DNA from: an uncultured Gammaproteobacteria bacterium
GTDB lineage: Bacteria; Patescibacteriota; Microgenomatia; Levybacterales; GWA1-39-11
Reading direction: 5' to 3'
DNA: 64,000 nucleotides
Assembly: GCA_964641355.1 (NCBI GenBank)
Contig: CAZXND010000001.1
Span: 151,858-215,857, forward strand
Shown: in pieces, positions 59,229 to 64,000 of the stretch
How the letters are laid out: each line of letters begins with the position of its first letter
How positions within the stretch are numbered: the stretch's first letter is position 1
Program-made: the position numbers and the translations under genes
The notes under the pieces: model-generated
Told to the model about the DNA's origin: nothing
Database searches by the model: none
What the model saw: only the letters and a program-made list of their open reading frames with translations

Positions 59229-59558
59229 ATGAATAGTCTCAATACTAGCAACTGGAACTCGTGCATCGACAGTGCTTATGGTGTTCCACAACTTACATGC
59301 CTTTGGGTAATTTTGAGTAATATCCTTAACGCCTTCCTTACTTTATCAGGACTTGTAGCATTATTCTTAATAATCTATTCTGGGATAAAATTTATAATGT
59401 CGCGCGGAGATAAAGAAAAAATCGAAGGAGCAAGAAAAACTTTTATTTTTGCTATTATCGGGCTCGTTTTTATTCTATTATCTTTTTATATTTTAGTATT
59501 TATAGGACAACTAACAGGAATTAAAATCGATAAGTTAATAACCCCGCCACAAAGATAA
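59229..59558 (+). CDS. Two-TM pilin-like protein, paralog 3
   Basis: 109 aa: ...LSNILNAFLTLSGLVALFLIIYSGIKFIMSRGDKEKIEGARKTFIFAIIGLVFILLSF..., the same conserved core. Confidence 0.45.
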   Translation: MNSLNTSNWNSCIDSAYGVPQLTCLWVILSNILNAFLTLSGLVALFLIIYSGIKFIMSRGDKEKIEGARKTFIFAIIGLVFILLSFYILVFIGQLTGIKIDKLITPPQR

Positions 59559-59560
59559 CT

Positions 59561-61339
59561 TTAAGAAGTAATTCCTCCTATAATTGCCGCTGCTTGTCCA
59601 ACTCCCCCAAGAGCTGCAAAAGCCAGGAGGAAGATTAGAGCTTTACCTTTTTTTGTACTTCCAAAGGCTTTTAATCTTTTTAGTAGCTCGACTTTTTCTT
59701 TTGTTGTTTCTTTTGAAACTCCCATTTCTTTATCAATCATTTCTCCTTTTTTAAGAAGCTCGTTAAACAGTTCTTCTCCGAATTCAGGATTGTTTACTAA
59801 TTTAGTAGCGTCTTCATTGCTTATTCCCACAATCATTCCCCGAGAAAGAATTTCAGTCTTAACACTTTCGCGAAGATTACTCGCAAATTCTGGATCATTA
59901 GCAATTCTCTCTTTGATTTCGACTGCTCTTACCTCTTTTCTAGCCTCAAACTGCATATCCGTCTCTCCTTCATTCTTAACCAAACTATCCTTCGCAAGTC
60001 TTACAATCATAGCGTCATTACCATTCTCTATTAAGTATTTTGTGTACTCTTGAACCTTTTTCCTATCAAACTCAACCTTAATTTGTTTTCCTACTACTTT
60101 TTTAACTTCTGTTGTTTGGATTTGTTTTAAAATGTCTTTTTTGTCGTTATCTTTTTCAGCAGCAATTTCTCTTGTGGTAATCTGATTAAGAGCTTCTATT
60201 CTCGCTTGTGCATCTTGAGCAAGTTGCATTTCTGCTTTAACCGTAATAATACCCTTTGCAGTCTCAATCATTTTCACATCTTGCGCTGCCTTTTCTTTCT
60301 CAGTAGTGTTAAAAGCATCTTCTGCTTTTGTCTCCTGCTCTTTTAGTGCTTCCAGTTCTTCACTTAATCTTTCTTCTTCCTCTTCAAGAGTTTTGATTTT
60401 TCCAGGTAGGCCCTCTTTTTCTGATTTTAACTGAAGATATCTTTGACGTTTCTCACGAGCTTGTCCGAAGGATAGATATTCCTTTTCTTCATTAGAAAGA
60501 CTGCTTGGATCAATTGCATTTTTTGCTTTTGCCGCAGCGATTGACGTCAATATCTGGTCAGGTCTCGCTTTTGCACCATACATTTCAAAAAAAGCAACTT
60601 CTATCGGCCTGTCATAAATTTCAAAATCCTTCACTCCTGAACTTTCAAGGTTAGAAAGCTCTCCTGCAATAGTAAGGTTTCCACTTGCATCGGCAAGTTG
60701 TCCATTAAATTCTTCCTGCCTACTTTTCGCCTGAGCCAAATCTTTAGAACTATTTTCTCTTTCCCCTTCTTTCCTTTCACGATCTTTCTTGGCCTTATCA
60801 AATTCTTTTCTAGTCATAACAAGCTTTGCCTCAATCTCACTCGGTCCAAAACCTTGCTCAAGAACTTTTTTTATCTCTTCCTGAAGATTCTTATTGCCCA
60901 AAACGAATTTTGCGACCTCTCTTGTCTCATCCTCACTCAATCCACCAAACACCTCTTCGTTAGCTTGAAACCTAGCGGTAACCTGATCTAGTATTTTATC
61001 TTGATTTGTTCTATCGATATTAGCAAACCCTTTTTCAGCAATTTCTTGGGCTAACTGTAAATTCTCTTTTGCCTCTTGGTATTCTTGTACGCGATCCCCC
61101 GGAGGACTTCCCAGTCTATCTTCGAATCTCTCTTGAGCGTTGAAATCTAAGTTATTTTCTTGTTGAGCAAATTTTTTTAGTATATCTTCTGCATTTTGAT
61201 TTTTCGCTAATTCTTCCCTAATTCTTTGTCCCATATCACGATTTGTCTGCTGCTCAGGAGTAAGATGTGCCCCTGGTGCTACCGGCTTTCTTTCAGTCAT
61301 TGATCTAACCGCAATTTCTGCTTTATTGATGTCCGCCAT
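59561..61339 (-). CDS. 592-aa highly charged coiled-coil protein with single C-terminal TM helix (tail-anchored)
   Basis: Glu/Lys-rich with no enzymatic motifs. The C-terminal segment ALIFLLAFAALGGVGQAAAIIGGITS is the only hydrophobic region. Confidence 0.4.
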   Translation of the reverse strand: MADINKAEIAVRSMTERKPVAPGAHLTPEQQTNRDMGQRIREELAKNQNAEDILKKFAQQENNLDFNAQERFEDRLGSPPGDRVQEYQEAKENLQLAQEIAEKGFANIDRTNQDKILDQVTARFQANEEVFGGLSEDETREVAKFVLGNKNLQEEIKKVLEQGFGPSEIEAKLVMTRKEFDKAKKDRERKEGERENSSKDLAQAKSRQEEFNGQLADASGNLTIAGELSNLESSGVKDFEIYDRPIEVAFFEMYGAKARPDQILTSIAAAKAKNAIDPSSLSNEEKEYLSFGQAREKRQRYLQLKSEKEGLPGKIKTLEEEEERLSEELEALKEQETKAEDAFNTTEKEKAAQDVKMIETAKGIITVKAEMQLAQDAQARIEALNQITTREIAAEKDNDKKDILKQIQTTEVKKVVGKQIKVEFDRKKVQEYTKYLIENGNDAMIVRLAKDSLVKNEGETDMQFEARKEVRAVEIKERIANDPEFASNLRESVKTEILSRGMIVGISNEDATKLVNNPEFGEELFNELLKKGEMIDKEMGVSKETTKEKVELLKRLKAFGSTKKGKALIFLLAFAALGGVGQAAAIIGGITS

Positions 61340-61679
61340 TGCTTATTTTTATCTCCTCTCTCACTATATTTAGCGCCTCATCTATTTTTCCTTCTTTTGC
61401 GAGTTCGCTTGCGGCCTCAGCCACTTCCTCATCTTTTTTTTCCTGAACCTCTCCACTCTCCACAACCAAAAGATAAGAAAAGACAGACCATTTTGATGAT
61501 AATACGCGAAGAAAATTGATAAGCTCCTCGTGTGTATTTACTTTTTCCATCTCCTTAACTATGAATGAAGAAAGAGAGGGGACTTCTTTTGATGGGATCA
61601 TATCCTGCTCAAGAGCATCTGCTATCAACTCCACTATTTTTTTTGCAACTTCCCTTTTATGCTCTGGCGTTAAATCCAT
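61323..61679 (-). CDS. Hypothetical small acidic soluble protein, translationally coupled to the 592-aa gene
   Basis: 118 aa; it overlaps the downstream gene start by 17 nt. Confidence 0.3.
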   Translation of the reverse strand: MDLTPEHKREVAKKIVELIADALEQDMIPSKEVPSLSSFIVKEMEKVNTHEELINFLRVLSSKWSVFSYLLVVESGEVQEKKDEEVAEAASELAKEGKIDEALNIVREEIKISNGGHQ

Positions 61680-61884
61680 ACTATTTTATTATTGGATAAT
61701 TAAATTTTAATGTCAAACAAACTCTGAAATTAAAATCCTATAAAGTTGAGACTCAAGTAATATTTCCAAAACGATTTATACCCATAGTTTTCACGATTTG
61801 TGCCTAGCTTGATATAGTTAATAGCCTTGCAATGAAAATTTTCACGTTATACGCTTAGTTTACGGCTATATACCAATAACTCTG

Positions 61885-63051
61885 GTGTATTTCTCGCCCA
61901 GAAAGGCTCGTAATATGGAAATGGAGAATCATCCGATTCCCCTTGATGTTACAGGATTTAAATTTAGACTGATAGGAAGCATGACTGTTAAGCAGTTTTT
62001 GTATCTTTTGGCTTCTGGAATACTTGTATCGCTTACACTTCTTCTTCCCTGGCCACTTTTAATAAGAGTTCCAATGATTACTTTTTTCTCTTTGGTTGGA
62101 TTTAGTCTGGCTTTTATTCCAATCGATGGAAGACCCATGGATAAAATGATTGCTAGCTTTGCAAAACACGTTCTGTTTACAGAAGACTTGTGGGTTTATC
62201 GAAAAAAAGGAGCAAATATTGCTTCTTATGAAATCTTCCAAGAACCCAAAGTTGAAACAAAACCCGCTCCACAAGAACCATCCCAACCAAGTATACGCAC
62301 TTTTGCTATTAAAAAACCTCACGTAAAACTCGAGCAAGAAGAACTCGATTTTTTGAAAAGAGTACGAGGGTTTTTCTCAGAATCAGCCGTTCAACAACAA
62401 CCAGTTATAAATTCTACAACTTCTTCTCCCCATCCAACGCAAACAGAAGGAGAAGAAGCCTTGAAAATCCGCACTGAGATTCAACAAATTAAAAATCGTG
62501 TGGAAGTTGAAGGTCCAACAGAAGAATTAAAAAAAAGACTTACAGAACTCGAAGCAAGACTTAGCAATATTCTCGCTCAAAATATTGCCCTTCAAAATAA
62601 AGTATTTGAATTTCAAAGACAAATTCCAGACAAGGCTTACCAGGTGGAAGGCAAACCTACTATAACACCTAACGCAAGACTAGTAGACAGCGCAAGTCAA
62701 GTTAAGGCTGGCTTTCCAATGCTTCCTGATATCCCAAACGTGATACTTGGAATAGTAAAAGATCCCAGAGGTAGGATTTTACCTGGAATTATAGTCGAAG
62801 TGGTAGATCAAAATAATATTCCAGTGCGTGCTTTTAAAACAAATAAATTAGGACAATTTGCTGCCGCAACACCTCTTCCAAATGGAAAATATAAAATAAT
62901 TTTTGAAGATCCTCAAAAAAACAACGAGTTTGAAACAATCGAGATAGACCTTAATGGACAAATTTTTCAACCGCTTGAGGTTATTTCAATTGATCAAAGA
63001 GAGAGACTTAGACAAGAGCTCTTTGGTAAGACAAATTCGTTACAAAACTAA
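61885..63051 (+). CDS. PrgI/VirB3-like T4SS membrane protein fused to coiled-coil and C-terminal beta-sandwich (CarboxypepD_reg-like) domain
   Basis: The N-terminal 110 aa (PLDVTGFKFRLIGSMTVKQFLYLLASGILVSLTLLLPWPLL...FSLAFIPIDGRPMDKMIASF) match the PrgI-family pattern (..tfrQllYLl.. hairpin of two TM helices). The VirB4-like gene follows immediately. The C-terminus has VILGIVKDPRGRILPGIIVEVVDQNNIPV...GKYKIIFEDP. The start may be at M11/M13. Confidence 0.5.
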   Translation: MYFSPRKARNMEMENHPIPLDVTGFKFRLIGSMTVKQFLYLLASGILVSLTLLLPWPLLIRVPMITFFSLVGFSLAFIPIDGRPMDKMIASFAKHVLFTEDLWVYRKKGANIASYEIFQEPKVETKPAPQEPSQPSIRTFAIKKPHVKLEQEELDFLKRVRGFFSESAVQQQPVINSTTSSPHPTQTEGEEALKIRTEIQQIKNRVEVEGPTEELKKRLTELEARLSNILAQNIALQNKVFEFQRQIPDKAYQVEGKPTITPNARLVDSASQVKAGFPMLPDIPNVILGIVKDPRGRILPGIIVEVVDQNNIPVRAFKTNKLGQFAAATPLPNGKYKIIFEDPQKNNEFETIEIDLNGQIFQPLEVISIDQRERLRQELFGKTNSLQN

Positions 63052-63052
63052 T

Positions 63053-63685
63053 ATGTCAAAGAGGAAAATTTCATCAACAACACAGGACTTTACAGAACTA
63101 ATAGACATAATCGATGGAATCGCTTTTTTCAAAAATAGGAATTCAGCTCTTGTTGTTGAAGTTTCATCAGTTAATTTTTCACTGCTCTCCCCCGATGAGC
63201 AGAACTCAAGGATCTATGGCTACATGAGTCTTTTAAATTCTCTTTCTTTTCCAATCCAAGTCCTAGTAGTAAGTCAGAAAATAAATATGTCTTCCTATGT
63301 AAAAACATTAGATCAAAGAATCACAAGTTCACAAAACTCAAGAATTTCAAAACACTTAGTCGAATATAAAAACTTTATAAAAGAGCTCACAAAAACGGAA
63401 GGACTTCTTGACAAAACGATCTATGTAGTTATTCCACTCACCCCTCTTGAGCTTGGAATATCAAACGTTGCAAAAGAGATAAAAAAACAAGCCGAGTTTG
63501 TAGAAACAACTAGAAAAACACTTAATAGTCGGGCAGCAAGCGTTATTAACCAACTACAAAGACTAGGTCTTACAGCAAAAGTACTCAACTCAGACGATTT
63601 AGCAAGACTTTACCATAATATTTATAACCAAGAATCGATAAATATAGAGTATGAGTCACAGGATTTAAAGAATGTGATTTTATAA
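63053..63685 (+). pseudogene. VirB4/TraE-like T4SS ATPase, N-terminal 210-aa segment (ORF terminated by TAA; continues in another frame)
   Basis: STTQDFTELIDIIDGIAFFKNRNSALVVEVSSVNFSLLSPDEQNSRIYGYMSLLNSLSFPIQVLVVSQ follows the N-terminal-domain pattern of Gram-positive VirB4 homologues (..DG.i.....g.f...y.l..iNF.l...dEqe.i...y...LNs.....Q.....). The start at 63053 was chosen because its first codon abuts the stop of the PrgI-like gene. Confidence 0.5.
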
Positions 63686-63689
63686 AAAT

Positions 63690-64000
63690 ATGTTTGGAAA
63701 AAAGAAACAAGCAACTCCACCTCAACCCAAAATCTCTCCGTCTATGTCTGCTTTAAAAAGCGGATCGATATCACTTGTAGATTTAATCGCCCCCTCATCG
63801 GTTGAAGTAGATTTTAAATTCGTTAGGATCGGGGATAGTTTTTTTAGAACCTTCTTCGTTGCAGATTATCCAAGAGTCGTGTCTCCAGGCTGGCTTTCAA
63901 GCCTTATCGACTTTAAGGAATCAATGAATATCTCCATGTTTATTTACCCAGTTCAAAGCTCAGACGTTTTATCTAACCTCCGAAGAAAAATTGCCGAGAT
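63690..64000 (+). CDS. VirB4/TraE-like T4SS ATPase, continuation (+1 frame), truncated by window end
   Basis: MFGKKKQATPPQPKISPSMSALKSGSISLVDLIAPSSVEVDFKFVRIGDSFFRTFFVADYPRVVSPGWLSSLIDFKESMNISMFIYPV matches the conserved ..DLIAP.....f...G..y.Rt.fi..yP..l...wl block of Gram-positive VirB4 homologues, at the expected distance from the N-terminal segment. Confidence 0.5.
   Translation, partial: MFGKKKQATPPQPKISPSMSALKSGSISLVDLIAPSSVEVDFKFVRIGDSFFRTFFVADYPRVVSPGWLSSLIDFKESMNISMFIYPVQSSDVLSNLRRKIAE

Overview
This is an AT-rich, gene-dense bacterial window with short or overlapping intergenic regions. The gene content looks like a reduced-genome, Gram-positive-type organism, most plausibly a Candidate Phyla Radiation / Patescibacteria-like lineage; that placement is my inference from the protein repertoire. 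Housekeeping genes on the minus strand include dnaK (partial), grpE and hrcA with a degenerate CIRCE, and groES-groEL. Other core genes are lepA, murJ, rpsT, metG, tatD, tpiA (short archaeal-type), uvrD/pcrA, smpB followed by a tmRNA gene, and nrdR, nrdJ (class II, B12-dependent RNR) and a PduO-type cobalamin adenosyltransferase. There are two tRNA-Ser genes and one tRNA with anticodon UAU. A large share of the window encodes cell-envelope glycosylation and cell-wall functions: a UbiA / WecA-like GT4 / GT39-like GT-C / GT2 operon, a TMTC-like GT-C with TPR repeats, two large polytopic membrane proteins, and LCP, FemAB, M23, SpoIID and PEGA/SH3b proteins. There are Thr/Pro-rich surface proteins, a PilN/PilO-like pair and a Ni-superoxide dismutase with its SodX maturation protease. 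The most interesting region is about 50.9-64 kb, an apparently coherent secretion/pilus-like locus of Gram-positive T4SS flavour. It has a VirB6-like polytopic protein and a PrgI/VirB3-like protein fused to an extracellular beta-sandwich domain. A VirB4-like ATPase gene is split by a frame change next to A/T homopolymer runs. There are three tandem paralogous two-TM VirB2/TrbC-like pilin candidates, plus a fourth copy of the module fused to a 330-aa Cys-containing secreted domain. Two giant tail-anchored coiled-coil proteins and a P-loop NTPase with a C-terminal OmpR-type winged helix complete the locus. A TCAC(A/G)ATTT repeat recurs in both divergent promoter regions. A VirD4/TraD-like coupling-protein ATPase sits about 12 kb away between tRNA genes, next to a 23-nt tRNA 5'-half duplicate. 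No CRISPR array, integrase, transposase or reverse transcriptase was recognised.
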